A model generated the notes under the pieces. The model made no database searches, was not told where the DNA came from, and saw only the letters and a list, made by a program, of their open reading frames with translations. Both the position numbers and the translations under genes were made by a program. From Candidatus Bathyarchaeota archaeon (GTDB taxonomy: Archaea; Thermoproteota; Bathyarchaeia; Bathyarchaeales; Bathycorpusculaceae), in NCBI GenBank assembly GCA_963702095.1, contig OY969706.1, forward strand, positions 2,464,001 to 2,528,000: a stretch of DNA of 64,000 nt, in the 5' to 3' direction. Each line of letters begins with the position of its first letter. The stretch's first letter is position 1. Below, in pieces: positions 20,092-29,530 of the stretch.

Positions 20092-20418
20092 TTAGAGTTT
20101 AAGTGTTTCCTTGATTTTTTCGTTTATTTCTTTCTTAAGCTGGGGACCAATCTGCCCTAACTCCCCCATCACCAGCTTTTTTGATAAGGTTGCGATTTTT
20201 TCAATTTTTAGATATGAATCGGTTTTTAACCCTGTTAGTCCGAATTCTATATGGCTCTCTTGTATCAGCACATCATAAGCGGTTGCTTTACTTATTCTCG
20301 AAGAGACGAAGACTACCGTAACATCTTTTTCGGCCTCAAACAAAACAAGAGCGGGTCTAACTTTAGCCGCTGTTAAGTCAGTAAATGGAAAAACGATGAG
20401 AACTATTTTTCCTTTCAA
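20092..20418 (-). CDS. PemK/MazF-family toxin
   Basis: GKIVLIVFPFTD....KVRPALV, SSR, GLKTDS....KIATL. Confidence 0.88.
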   Translation of the reverse strand: MKGKIVLIVFPFTDLTAAKVRPALVLFEAEKDVTVVFVSSRISKATAYDVLIQESHIEFGLTGLKTDSYLKIEKIATLSKKLVMGELGQIGPQLKKEINEKIKETLKL

Positions 20419-20618
20419 TTACGACTAACCTTTTTCTTAATATCATTAACTGAGTACAAATCGGGCTCTTCTTCCAAGAATTCTTTTAGAGCCTGTTCCT
20501 CAAGAACCATAATCGCGTCTGTTTCTCTTTCCTCGAGAAGAGAATCAAGTTTCTTGTTGACTTCTGAGAGCAAAGATTTGATTTCTTTAAGCTCAACCTC
20601 GATTGTCATTATTTCCAC
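20415..20618 (-). CDS. Probable antitoxin of the MazF-type module
   Basis: Small acidic protein overlapping the toxin start by 4 nt; C-terminal FLEEEPDLYS. Confidence 0.65.
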   Translation of the reverse strand: MEIMTIEVELKEIKSLLSEVNKKLDSLLEERETDAIMVLEEQALKEFLEEEPDLYSVNDIKKKVSRN

Positions 20619-20719
20619 AAATGCCTTATTGGCTTAATCTAATATAATAATTGTTGCTCAAACGAAAGAAATCGAATAATTCATAAACCGCTTCAACCCA
20701 ATTATTCCCTAACAGAAGG

Positions 20720-21661
20720 ATGCCTGTCATGGAGAATTGGGATGTTATAATAGTGGGCGCTGGCTCAGCGGGATTAGCCGCAGCCATTTACGCAGTCCGC
20801 AGTGGACTCAAAACCCTAGTTTTGGACGAGAAATTCGCAGGCGGCACAATCACTGACGCCCCAACAATCGTAAACTACCCAGGTTTCGTCTCCATCAGTG
20901 GAGGCGATTTAGCACTGAAAATGGCTGATCACACTCGAGCCTTGGGCGCAACCATACATGATATCGAAGCCGTAACCGCCCTCAACCTCCAAGGCGAAAA
21001 CAAAACCGTAACCACCACCGCCACCACCTACGGCGCCAAAGCCGTCATTATCTCCACAGGTTCACATTACAAAGAAATCGGCGCCAAAGGCGAAAAAGAG
21101 TTCCGCGGCAAAGGCGTGAGCTACTGCGGCGTCTGCGATGGCCCCTTTTTCAAGGGCAAACGGGTCCTCGTTGTCGGCGGCGGCAACTCTGCTTGCATCA
21201 CCACCCTCTACCTATCAGGCTTAGCCGCACAGGTCACCGTCATACATAGACGCCAAATGTTCCGTGCTGAAGAATCCTTAGTCAACGACATAAACACAAA
21301 GGGTAACGTCAAAATCGTGTGGAACACTGAAATCCAAGAGATTAAAGGCGATAAACAGGTGCGCTCCGTAGCCTTAATCGACAACTCCACGGGGCAAACC
21401 AGCGAAATCCCCGTTGACGCCATTTTTGTGCAGGTGGGCGAAGCACCGAACAGTCAGATCGCACAAGCCAGCGGTGTAGAGGTGGACGAGCATGGCTATG
21501 TAAAAATTGACATCCGCCAACACACCAACCTCGAAGGCGTTTATGCTGCAGGCGACATCACTAACCACCCGGTGAAGCAGGTGGGAACAGCGGTTGGACA
21601 GGGAATAACGGCGGCGCTTGAAGCATACGCCTACATCAGACGACCATACTACAAAAAATAA
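20720..21661 (+). CDS. trxB: Thioredoxin-disulfide reductase
   Basis: GAGSAG, NYPG, GKGVSYCGVCDG (CxxC), VGGGNSA, YAAGDI. Confidence 0.94.
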   Translation: MPVMENWDVIIVGAGSAGLAAAIYAVRSGLKTLVLDEKFAGGTITDAPTIVNYPGFVSISGGDLALKMADHTRALGATIHDIEAVTALNLQGENKTVTTTATTYGAKAVIISTGSHYKEIGAKGEKEFRGKGVSYCGVCDGPFFKGKRVLVVGGGNSACITTLYLSGLAAQVTVIHRRQMFRAEESLVNDINTKGNVKIVWNTEIQEIKGDKQVRSVALIDNSTGQTSEIPVDAIFVQVGEAPNSQIAQASGVEVDEHGYVKIDIRQHTNLEGVYAAGDITNHPVKQVGTAVGQGITAALEAYAYIRRPYYKK

Positions 21662-22127
21662 TGGCGCTCCCCCGTCTGTTTCCACAACCATCCTGCAATC
21701 CATTTCCGATTTAAAACGCAAAAAACAGTCGCCAGCCAAGCCCCCAGAAGAAGATGAGCAAGGGCACCTCTGCCTTCATCTAACACTAGAAAAACAAAAA
21801 GCGAAATTTTGATCCACTGGTTTATAGGGAGGATAGTTGCTGAGCAACAGAACCTGCGCATACAACCAATAATGGCGCCATCAGGCGTAAAACTGGACAA
21901 TTGTTAACTGTTCTATCATGCAATCTTTTGTAAAGTACAGTGCTGTTTGGGTTGACTGAAAAACAGGCAAATAATACGTTTGTTAACATCTCGGTATATA
22001 TGGAGTTTTCATTATTTTGCGGGGGAAGGATTATATGATTCTTAAAACCTCTCTGTGCCTTCAAAGCGCTTTTAGCATGCACGCTAAAGCGTCGAGTTAA
22101 TGGCGGAAAAGCAAAAGAGGTTTACTA

Positions 22128-23349
22128 ATGAGTGAGAAATGTCTCGCTGCAGTTGAGATAAATCAAGACCTGTGCAGTAGATGTTATGTCTGCAAATCCA
22201 TCTGTCCCTATGAAGCCATAAAAGCTGACTCGACTGGGAAAGTTGAGATTAACATAGAGGATTGCCAAGTCTGTGGCATCTGCTACAGTGCCTGTCCAGC
22301 TTCAGCCATAAAAATGCAGTATTACACATACGATAACCTAACAGAATACCTAAAAAGCGCCCAGGCAAAAAGCGCCTAAAACCGAAACACTGGTTCTGAT
22401 GTGCAGAGGAAACTCGCCTAACAGCGGCGAAGTCAAAGACATCCTAAAAGAGCAAGGACTCAAAGTATCCGATTACCTCTCGTTGCGTTTGCCCTGTGCC
22501 GGCAGAGTCCCAACCGACTTTGTTTTCGAAGCCCTAAACTTAGGCATAAAAAACATCGTTTCCATCCAATGTGAAGACCCCTTCTGCCGCTACAAAGAAG
22601 GCACAAAAATCAACACACGCAGACTCGCATTGGCAAAAAATGTGCTCCAACAACTCGGCTACGACGAAAACGCCGTTCGAGTCATCAAGTACAGCCGCAA
22701 AGCAGTCTACGACGTGCTCGAATGTGTGGGCTGCGACAAATGCATATTCATCTGTCCCTACGGCGCATTAGAATTCGAATCCTTCGCAACACCAAAAGTA
22801 ATCGAAGAGAAATGTGTGGGTTGCGGTGCATGCCAGTTGGTTTGTCCACATCACGCCATACAAGTCAAAGGCTTCGAATTCGAAAATGTGCTTAACCGTT
22901 ACAACAGCGCTGCAGAAGCCATCAAAGCCAAAGGCAACAGCCCAGCAGTTCTCGCATTTATCTGTCAATGGTCAGAGTTCTCTGCTTTGGATAACCCTAA
23001 CAAAGCCTTTGAAGGCAAAAACGTGTTGGCGCTTGAAGTGCCCTGCTTCAAATCCCTCGACCCCGTCCACGTTGTCAACGCACTCAACTGCGGCTTTGAC
23101 GGCGTCATGGCAGTGGTTTGCTCCTCCAAGGACTGCAAGCTACAGGAGGGCAGAGACACAGCTGAACGCAACTTAGGCGTCATGCTTGATGTCCTCAAAA
23201 AAGAAGGCTTACTTGATAGGTTTACGCTCTACGAGGAGTCGCCTCGCTGCGACGGGGACTTCCAAGCCAAAGTAGACGAGTTCTACCAGAAAATAACCAA
23301 GTTATCTAAAACAGCTAAACTGGAGGCACTACAGCAATGTACAGAATAA
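22128..23349 (+). CDS. Tandem (2x[4Fe-4S] ferredoxin + MvhD/FlpD)x2 iron-sulfur protein (1-nt frameshift at 22377)
   Basis: Two CxxCxxCxxxCP pairs, then MvhD-like C...PCAGRV...QCEDPFCRY, two more ferredoxin motifs, then AFICQW...PCFKSLDP...GFDGV..VVCSSKDCK. Deleting T22377 fuses the two ORFs in frame. Confidence 0.8.
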
Positions 23350-24188
23350 TCAGCAAAACCGAGCTTGTGCCAAAAATCAAGCTCTTCGAAGTTGAAGCCC
23401 CAGATATCGCCGCAAAAGCCCACCCAGGCCAATTCTTAATAGTCATCCACGGCAAAAAGGGTGAGCGCATCCCCTTAACCATCTGTGGCTATGACACCGA
23501 AAAAGGCACGGTTTCGTTTGCGTTCCATGAAGTGGGCAAAAGCACCAAAGACCTCGGCAAACTAGGCGTCGGCGACGAAATCGACAATGTTACCGGACCA
23601 TTGGGTAATCCCTCTGAAATCAAGAACTATGGCAAGGTGCTGTGTGTCGGCGGCAGCGTTATGATTGCGCCGCTTCTGCTGCAGTCTAAAGCCATGAAGG
23701 AAGCCGGCAACAACGTCACAACAGTAATTGGCGCACGCACAGAACCCTTCATCATGATGGAGGAAGAGGCAAACGAGTACAGCGACAAAGTCTACCTCTC
23801 AACTGACGACGGCTCCAAAGGCTACCAAGGCTTAGACTTCCTCACTGAATTGCTCAAAGAAGAAAAGTTTGACCGATGCGTCGTTATGGGTCCAGTTATC
23901 CTGATGAAAGATGTTTCGGCAATCACCAAGCCCTATGGCATCCCAACCATAGTCACAACTACGCCGATTATGATTGACGGCATGGGCATGTGTGGGGTTT
24001 GCCGCGTGACGGTCGGGGGCAAAATGCTCTTCGGTTGCGTGGATGGACCTGAATTTGACGGTCACCAAGTTGATTTTGACGAGTTGATTCTGCGTCAACG
24101 CACGATGCTTCCTGAGGAACGGTTAAGCAGCGTGTTGGCAGAACTGCATGAACATGGAGGTTGCAAGTGTGGCAGAAACAAAGCCTAA
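23337..24188 (+). CDS. nfnA: NfnA/SudB subunit of ferredoxin:NADP+ oxidoreductase
   Basis: PGQF, GERIPLTI, GPLGNP, TDDGS, MIDGMGMCGVCRV, CVDGPEFDGH. Confidence 0.92.
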   Translation: MYRIISKTELVPKIKLFEVEAPDIAAKAHPGQFLIVIHGKKGERIPLTICGYDTEKGTVSFAFHEVGKSTKDLGKLGVGDEIDNVTGPLGNPSEIKNYGKVLCVGGSVMIAPLLLQSKAMKEAGNNVTTVIGARTEPFIMMEEEANEYSDKVYLSTDDGSKGYQGLDFLTELLKEEKFDRCVVMGPVILMKDVSAITKPYGIPTIVTTTPIMIDGMGMCGVCRVTVGGKMLFGCVDGPEFDGHQVDFDELILRQRTMLPEERLSSVLAELHEHGGCKCGRNKA

Positions 24189-25581
24189 ATTTAAACTAAA
24201 CAAGAAAGCAGTTGAAATGGCAAAGCAGGACCCCAAAGTCCGCGCTAAAAACTTCAGCGAAGTCGCACTGGGCTACACCGAAGCGGAAGCCCAAGAAGAA
24301 GCTAACCGGTGCCTACAGTGCCCCAACCCGATGTGCAGAGGCGGTTGTCCCGTTGAAGTCCCGATTCCACAGTTCATCAAAGCCATTAAAGAAAAGAAGT
24401 ACGCTGAAGGCATCCAAATCATTAAAACCAAAAATGCGTTGCCCGCTGTGTGCGGTCGTGTTTGTCCACAGGAATCGCAGTGCCAAGCCAAATGCGTCAT
24501 CGGCAGAATGGGCGAACCCGTCAGCATAGGACGCCTTGAACGGTTCTTGGCGGATTGGGAACGTGACAACGGTTCCCAGTTGCCCCCCAAAGCGGAGCCA
24601 ACAGGCAAAAAAGTTGCAGTCATCGGTGCAGGCCCCGCAGGCTTAACTGTCGCAGCAGACCTCGTCAAGCAAGGCCACGAAATCACCATCTTCGAAGCAT
24701 TACACGTCGGAGGCGGAGTGCTCTCTTATGGCATCCCCGAGTTCCGTCTGCCAAAAGCAATCGTGCAAAACGAGGTAGAATATGTGCAGAAACTCGGCGC
24801 CAACCTTAAACTTGGCAACTTAATCGGCAGAATCCACACCATCCCCGAACTCATGAAGCAAGGCGGCTACGACGCAGTCTTCATTGGCTCTGGTGCAGGT
24901 TTGCCTCAGTTCACAGGGTGCCCCGGCGAAAACTTAGGCGGCATCTACAGCGCCAACGAATTCCTCATCCGAGTCAACCTCATGAAGGCTTTCCAGTTCC
25001 CAGAATACGACACACCCATCAGAGTGGGCAAACACGTGGTGGTCATCGGCGGCGGCAACGTTGCGATGGACTGCGCAAGATGCAGCATGCGCTTGGGCGC
25101 TGATGTTTGCCTGCTGTATAGGCGTGGACGCGAAGAGTTACCGGCAAGGCACGAGGAAATTGAGAACGCTGAGGAAGAAGGGTTGGTTTGCAAGTTTTTG
25201 GCGGCGCCACTGGAGTTTTACGGTGACGGCAAGGGCTGGGTGAAAGCCATGAAATGCATTGCTATGGAACTCACGGAGCCAGATGCTAAAGGCAGACGAG
25301 GAGTCAAACCCATAGTGGGCTCAGAATTCGTCATGGACGTTGACACAGTCATAATCGCCATCGGACAAACCCCCAACCCCATCATCCAACGCACCACCGA
25401 CGGCTTACAAAGCGACCCAAGACACGGAACCATCACAGTCAACGAAGACGGCAAAACCAGCCTCGACGGAGTCTACGCAGGCGGAGACGTCGCCACAGGA
25501 GCAGCCACAGTCATCTCTGCGATGGGTGCCGGCAAACGCGCAGCCAAAGCCATGCACGAATACCTCATTAACAAAAAATGA
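24169..25581 (+). CDS. nfnB: NfnB/SudA (GltD-like) subunit
   Basis: RAKNFSEV, EANRCLQC..P.C..GCPV, CGRVCPQE.QC, GAGPAG, YGIPEFRLPK, GGGNVAMD, GGDVATGAATV; GGAGG before GTG at 24169. Confidence 0.92.
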   Translation: MAETKPKFKLNKKAVEMAKQDPKVRAKNFSEVALGYTEAEAQEEANRCLQCPNPMCRGGCPVEVPIPQFIKAIKEKKYAEGIQIIKTKNALPAVCGRVCPQESQCQAKCVIGRMGEPVSIGRLERFLADWERDNGSQLPPKAEPTGKKVAVIGAGPAGLTVAADLVKQGHEITIFEALHVGGGVLSYGIPEFRLPKAIVQNEVEYVQKLGANLKLGNLIGRIHTIPELMKQGGYDAVFIGSGAGLPQFTGCPGENLGGIYSANEFLIRVNLMKAFQFPEYDTPIRVGKHVVVIGGGNVAMDCARCSMRLGADVCLLYRRGREELPARHEEIENAEEEGLVCKFLAAPLEFYGDGKGWVKAMKCIAMELTEPDAKGRRGVKPIVGSEFVMDVDTVIIAIGQTPNPIIQRTTDGLQSDPRHGTITVNEDGKTSLDGVYAGGDVATGAATVISAMGAGKRAAKAMHEYLINKK

Positions 25582-25702
25582 CCCATCAGTTTTTTGAGGG
25601 CATATTTTTTAACGTTTATTGACTGCTCTTTTGTCCAGTAATGCCCTCCCCTCTATAGTTTCTGCAATGAATCTCTAATAGCCGCCAAATATGATGGCTA
25701 CA

Positions 25703-26611
25703 TTACCTTCTTCGACGCAGATAAACAACCACAAAAACCAACAACACCGCAATAACACCGAGCAATACAGCTATAGCAATCTCCACTGCGTTCAAGTTTA
25801 GAAACGTCGAGTAGCCAGATACAAGCTGGCCTGATGTGGCTGTTGGGTTCTGAGGGCAGGTTGACATTGGAGTCGGCGGTGTTGAAGGTTCAACCTGAGG
25901 AGTTGCAGTTGGAGTGGGTGCAACCGCTGAGGTGTGTGAAGAGGACACAAAAACTGAACCTGCAATCATTGTTATTGTTTGTGTGCTACTCCAATCGCTT
26001 TCTGCAGAGACGTCAAACGCGTTGCCGTCATAGAGAGGAAACATGTGGTCAGTATTCCAAAAAAACTTTTGGTAACCCACGAACGCTTTAACTTGAATAT
26101 CGATCTGGTCACCGTTCCGCATAGGCCAGATGCTTTGTCCTTTAACATAAGTTAAAATGGTGTACCCTGAGTTTGACGCTTGGATTTTTGTTGTTTGATA
26201 TTCAATAGGCCAAGGCACATATGAATCTGATGGACGAACCGCAGAAACTGACTGCTCCTGCCACTCAGTTCCAAAGTGCCCCTTAACACGCACGGTATAG
26301 TACAAACCATTGTCCGAGTTATTTCCAAGCGACTCTGAAGACAACGGCTGGTTCTTGATGGATAGCTCTATTGTTTTGTTTTCCACGTGGTATCCGCCGC
26401 TTCTATGGGTTACTTGCTGTCCGTTATAGGGGTCTGTTGTGGTAGTAATAACGAGCGGAACATCATATGAGTTATCTACATACTCAATTGTGAATTGGGG
26501 AACGGAAGGATTAGGTGCCGATGATTCAGCCTTCGCAATATCCAAATAACCGACTACTCCGCTAACCATCAACACAATCAGGAACGGTGTTAATAATTTC
26601 TTAGAGGCCAT
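25703..26611 (-). CDS. Secreted, membrane-anchored surface protein (paralog A)
   Basis: Signal peptide, PSVPQFT..YVDNSYDVP...DPYNG...HVENKTIELSIKNQP, S/T/P linker, C-terminal TM plus RRRR. Confidence 0.75.
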   Translation of the reverse strand: MASKKLLTPFLIVLMVSGVVGYLDIAKAESSAPNPSVPQFTIEYVDNSYDVPLVITTTTDPYNGQQVTHRSGGYHVENKTIELSIKNQPLSSESLGNNSDNGLYYTVRVKGHFGTEWQEQSVSAVRPSDSYVPWPIEYQTTKIQASNSGYTILTYVKGQSIWPMRNGDQIDIQVKAFVGYQKFFWNTDHMFPLYDGNAFDVSAESDWSSTQTITMIAGSVFVSSSHTSAVAPTPTATPQVEPSTPPTPMSTCPQNPTATSGQLVSGYSTFLNLNAVEIAIAVLLGVIAVLLVFVVVYLRRRR

Positions 26612-27443
26612 CTTGTTTTCTCTCCAAAACCCTGATTCTCCTACCTTGAAGAGCAATAACCACAACCAACAATGCAATCACTATGCTCACAACAACGAAG
26701 ACAACAACTTCTAACCAATCGAAATCAAACCCAAACAATGAAAAACTCTCCGCTGCTTGTTCAGGCGTTAATGTTGGGGTTTCAGAGGGTGTAGCAGTCG
26801 ATGAAACTGTTGAATGCGGCGATATTGACTGTGAAACCGTCGGGTTTGAGGTAGATGCGGAAACTGAAACTTCCGGTATGCTTATTGTCAGGGTGTCGCT
26901 CCATCCGCTGACTTCACCGTTAAAGGTGTAATAGTGTGTATCCATGAACTGCATAGGATAAAATATCTCGGTAAAGGTCCCAATTTGTGCTTGAACCCTA
27001 TAATCCATTTGCCCTTCGGCTGGAAGATTTGATAGAGAAATAACCGTATGCTCAGAGTCTGACTGCCTAGTGAACCAGCCCGTATTGCTGTCATAACCAA
27101 TGTAGCTCCACTTAGTTCCGTAATGGCCCTTATAGCTAACGTTATAATATAGACTGGCGTAACTGCCATCGCTTAGCATAGGCAAAGGTTGATTCTCAAT
27201 GGTAATTTCGACTGATTTATTCTCAGCATGGTATCCAGCTTGCTGCGTGACTGTTTTACCTGTATAGGGGTCGGTAGTAGTAATGGGTGCAACATTATAG
27301 GGATGTTCAACAAACTTTACAGTGAATTCTGGTACTGACGGTTTAGGTAGTATTGCCTGAGCTGATGTGGGAAGAGTTAATGGAGTGCTAACTGTCAATA
27401 CCAGCAGAATAGCCAATGAAGCAACTGTTCCCATTTTGTTCAT
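26601..27443 (-). CDS. Secreted, membrane-anchored surface protein (paralog B)
   Basis: PKPSVPEFTVKFV..PYNV...DPYTG...HAENKSVEITIENQP, YYNV..KGHYG, S/T linker, C-terminal TM; clear paralog of the adjacent gene. Confidence 0.75.
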   Translation of the reverse strand: MNKMGTVASLAILLVLTVSTPLTLPTSAQAILPKPSVPEFTVKFVEHPYNVAPITTTDPYTGKTVTQQAGYHAENKSVEITIENQPLPMLSDGSYASLYYNVSYKGHYGTKWSYIGYDSNTGWFTRQSDSEHTVISLSNLPAEGQMDYRVQAQIGTFTEIFYPMQFMDTHYYTFNGEVSGWSDTLTISIPEVSVSASTSNPTVSQSISPHSTVSSTATPSETPTLTPEQAAESFSLFGFDFDWLEVVVFVVVSIVIALLVVVIALQGRRIRVLERKQDGL

Positions 27444-27606
27444 GGATTCATCCTGGGTTGGTTTGCCAATTAACGGCTTCTTGTACAGGTTTCTTGACAA
27501 GGCTCAGTCCACATTCCTTGACTAACCACCGATTGCCTCCGAAGTGTTGAGGAATGGTTTAATTCTTATATGCAAGCAGCCATTACCCCCTTTGAGGGAA
27601 AACGGG

Positions 27607-28188
27607 TTGAGCAACCAAGAGTCACAAATAACGGTCTACACAATCGGCCATAGCACCCGATCAATAGAGGAATTCATTGAGCTCCTCCAAACCTACCACA
27701 TCACCCTACTCATCGACGTCCGCACCGCCCCCCATAGCCGCCACAACCCCCAATTCAACAAAGAAGCCCTCCCCACCACCCTAAAACACCAAAGCGTCAA
27801 ATACATCCACCTCCCCGAAATCGGAGGCTTACGCCACCCCAAACCCGACAGCATCAACCTCGCCCTAGAAAACGCCAGCTTCCGCGGCTACGCCGACTAC
27901 ATGCAAACCAAAGAATTCACCGACGCCCTCCTCAAAATCATGGCGTTGGCAAGGGAGAACTGTGTGGCGTTGATGTGCGCGGAGGCGCTGCCATGGAAAT
28001 GCCACCGATTCCTAATTAGCGATGCGTTGGTGGCGAGGCATGTTAGGGTGCTGCATATCATCGGCAAAGACAGCACAATCACCCATCAACTCAACGAGTT
28101 GGCACATGTGGAAGGCAGCCAAGTGACTTATCCACTGTATAGTAAAGAGACACCGCAGAGAAAGTTGGGTGATTTTGGGTCAGTTTGA
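27607..28188 (+). CDS. DUF488-family protein
   Basis: YTIGHSTR, LIDVR..PHSR.NPQFN, GGLR, ALMCAE..PWKCHR. Confidence 0.85.
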   Translation: MSNQESQITVYTIGHSTRSIEEFIELLQTYHITLLIDVRTAPHSRHNPQFNKEALPTTLKHQSVKYIHLPEIGGLRHPKPDSINLALENASFRGYADYMQTKEFTDALLKIMALARENCVALMCAEALPWKCHRFLISDALVARHVRVLHIIGKDSTITHQLNELAHVEGSQVTYPLYSKETPQRKLGDFGSV

Positions 28189-28228
28189 GTGGTCTTTTTG
28201 GGTATTGTTTTTGTTCGGCGGTTTGTTG

Positions 28229-28287
28229 TGTTAGGTAACTTTATAAGCCTAATGTTAGAAATATGTAACGTTAGAAATACATAACAA
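28229..28287 (+). promoter_or_regulatory. Repeated operator-like sites upstream of the membrane-protein/XRE operon
   Basis: GTTAGAAATATGTAAC and GTTAGAAATACATAAC in tandem (each GTTA-N8-TAAC), plus a TGTTAGG copy next to TTTATA. Confidence 0.6.
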
Positions 28288-28288
28288 T

Positions 28289-28561
28289 ATGAGCGAGAAC
28301 AAAATGCATACCAGTAAAATCCCCAATAGAAACGGCAAATACCAATGGACTCAAGGCTTCTACGGATTTTTAGGCTTTATCGGCTTTCAAGCGTTTATGG
28401 CATTCTCAACAGATAACCCGCTATACCTGTTCATGTTCAGCTGCTTTAGCCTCTTTTGGCTTTTCCGCTACTGGAAAGAAGAACTCAAATATCTAGGCTT
28501 TTTAGGTATTTTGGGCTTGATTGTTCCAGCACTCGGGGCCATAGGAGCATTCACACTTTAG
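28289..28561 (+). CDS. Small membrane protein, DUF3796-like
   Basis: Repeated GFLGFIGF / YLGFLGILG motifs. Confidence 0.6.
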   Translation: MSENKMHTSKIPNRNGKYQWTQGFYGFLGFIGFQAFMAFSTDNPLYLFMFSCFSLFWLFRYWKEELKYLGFLGILGLIVPALGAIGAFTL

Positions 28562-28572
28562 GAGATTTGTAG

Positions 28573-28917
28573 ATGCCAAAATTTAATGAACGCTACTTCG
28601 GCTTCTTAGGATTCCTCGGCTTTGCAGGATTCACAGAAGGCAACTCATTTTTCTACGTATTATTTATGCTGTTTTTCCTCTTTCTGTTTGCTAGACCCAA
28701 AACCAAGGAAGGGACAGTTCTAAGTGATGAACGGTGGAGCACAAACGTAACTAAGGCAGGTCGCAACGCATTCTTTGTCTTCCTAATCCCCTCCATGCTA
28801 AGCGTTGCCTACTTAACGGGCACTAACGTATTCATGTTGGCGTTTGAAGTGATTCCAATTGCAGCCCTGTTGTCATTCGTTGCTTTCTTCATATACTATG
28901 ATTGGACAGGAGACTAG
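28573..28917 (+). CDS. Small membrane protein, DUF3796/DUF2178-like
   Basis: [13 protein letters not shown]...N..KAGRNAF motif, three TM segments. Confidence 0.7.
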   Translation: MPKFNERYFGFLGFLGFAGFTEGNSFFYVLFMLFFLFLFARPKTKEGTVLSDERWSTNVTKAGRNAFFVFLIPSMLSVAYLTGTNVFMLAFEVIPIAALLSFVAFFIYYDWTGD

Positions 28918-29126
28918 ACGCTATTCCTTTTAAGACTCGAATGAAGGAGCTGCGGGAAAAGCAGCACTTAACACAGGAGCAGCTGGCGCAGAAAGTAGGC
29001 GTGAGAAGAGAAACTATCCTTTTTCTCGAAAAAGGCAAATACAACCCGTCATTGCAGTTGGCGCATGACATAGCTAAAGAGCTAGGGGTAAGTATAGAAG
29101 AAGTGTTTATTTTTGGAGACGGATAA
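28902..29126 (+). CDS. XRE-family HTH transcriptional regulator
   Basis: MKELRE...[37 protein letters not shown]...IEEVF. Confidence 0.92.
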   Translation: MDRRLDAIPFKTRMKELREKQHLTQEQLAQKVGVRRETILFLEKGKYNPSLQLAHDIAKELGVSIEEVFIFGDG

Positions 29127-29131
29127 ACTGG

Positions 29132-29191
29132 TTAGGTTCCTTGTAGTTTTGCTATGAAGAAGCCGTTGCAGCCCTGGATGTATGGGTAGAG
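29132..29191 (-). repeat. Diverged copy of the last 20 codons of the RsmB/NOP methylase gene
   Basis: 47/60 nt identical (hand count, ungapped) to 29531-29590; translates LYPYIQGCNGFFIAKLQGT* versus LYPHIHHCNGFFIAKLKKE*. Confidence 0.8.
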
Positions 29192-29530
29192 CACAAGCAT
29201 CCTGTTTGAGGCACAGGGATCCTTGGCGATTTTTAGTTCAGTTAGCCTTGAATTCTTTGCTTACCTGAAGAACTATTATCAGTATAATGTTGGCTACGAT
29301 TATGCCGATGAGCGAGAACGCTGGCAGAAGGTAGTAGAAGTTGGTCGGCGGGCTAGCTACGACGAGAAGGAAGATTCCGCCGATTACTCCGGTTATGTTG
29401 GCGAGTAGGAAGATTAAGAGTTCGTCTTTAATGGTTGAGCCGCCTGTTTGCTTATAGAGTGGATGGTAGGCTTTTTAGGTTACTCTTCAAATGGGCAGAT
29501 TATCCTAAAAAGGGTCCCTTCCGAAGCTTC

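Noticed and set aside
21618-22082. Short ORFs in the trxB-nfn intergenic region and TGTTAACA palindromes
   Set aside because: There is no recognisable protein motif, and short AT-rich palindromes are expected by chance. I could not match a known operator.
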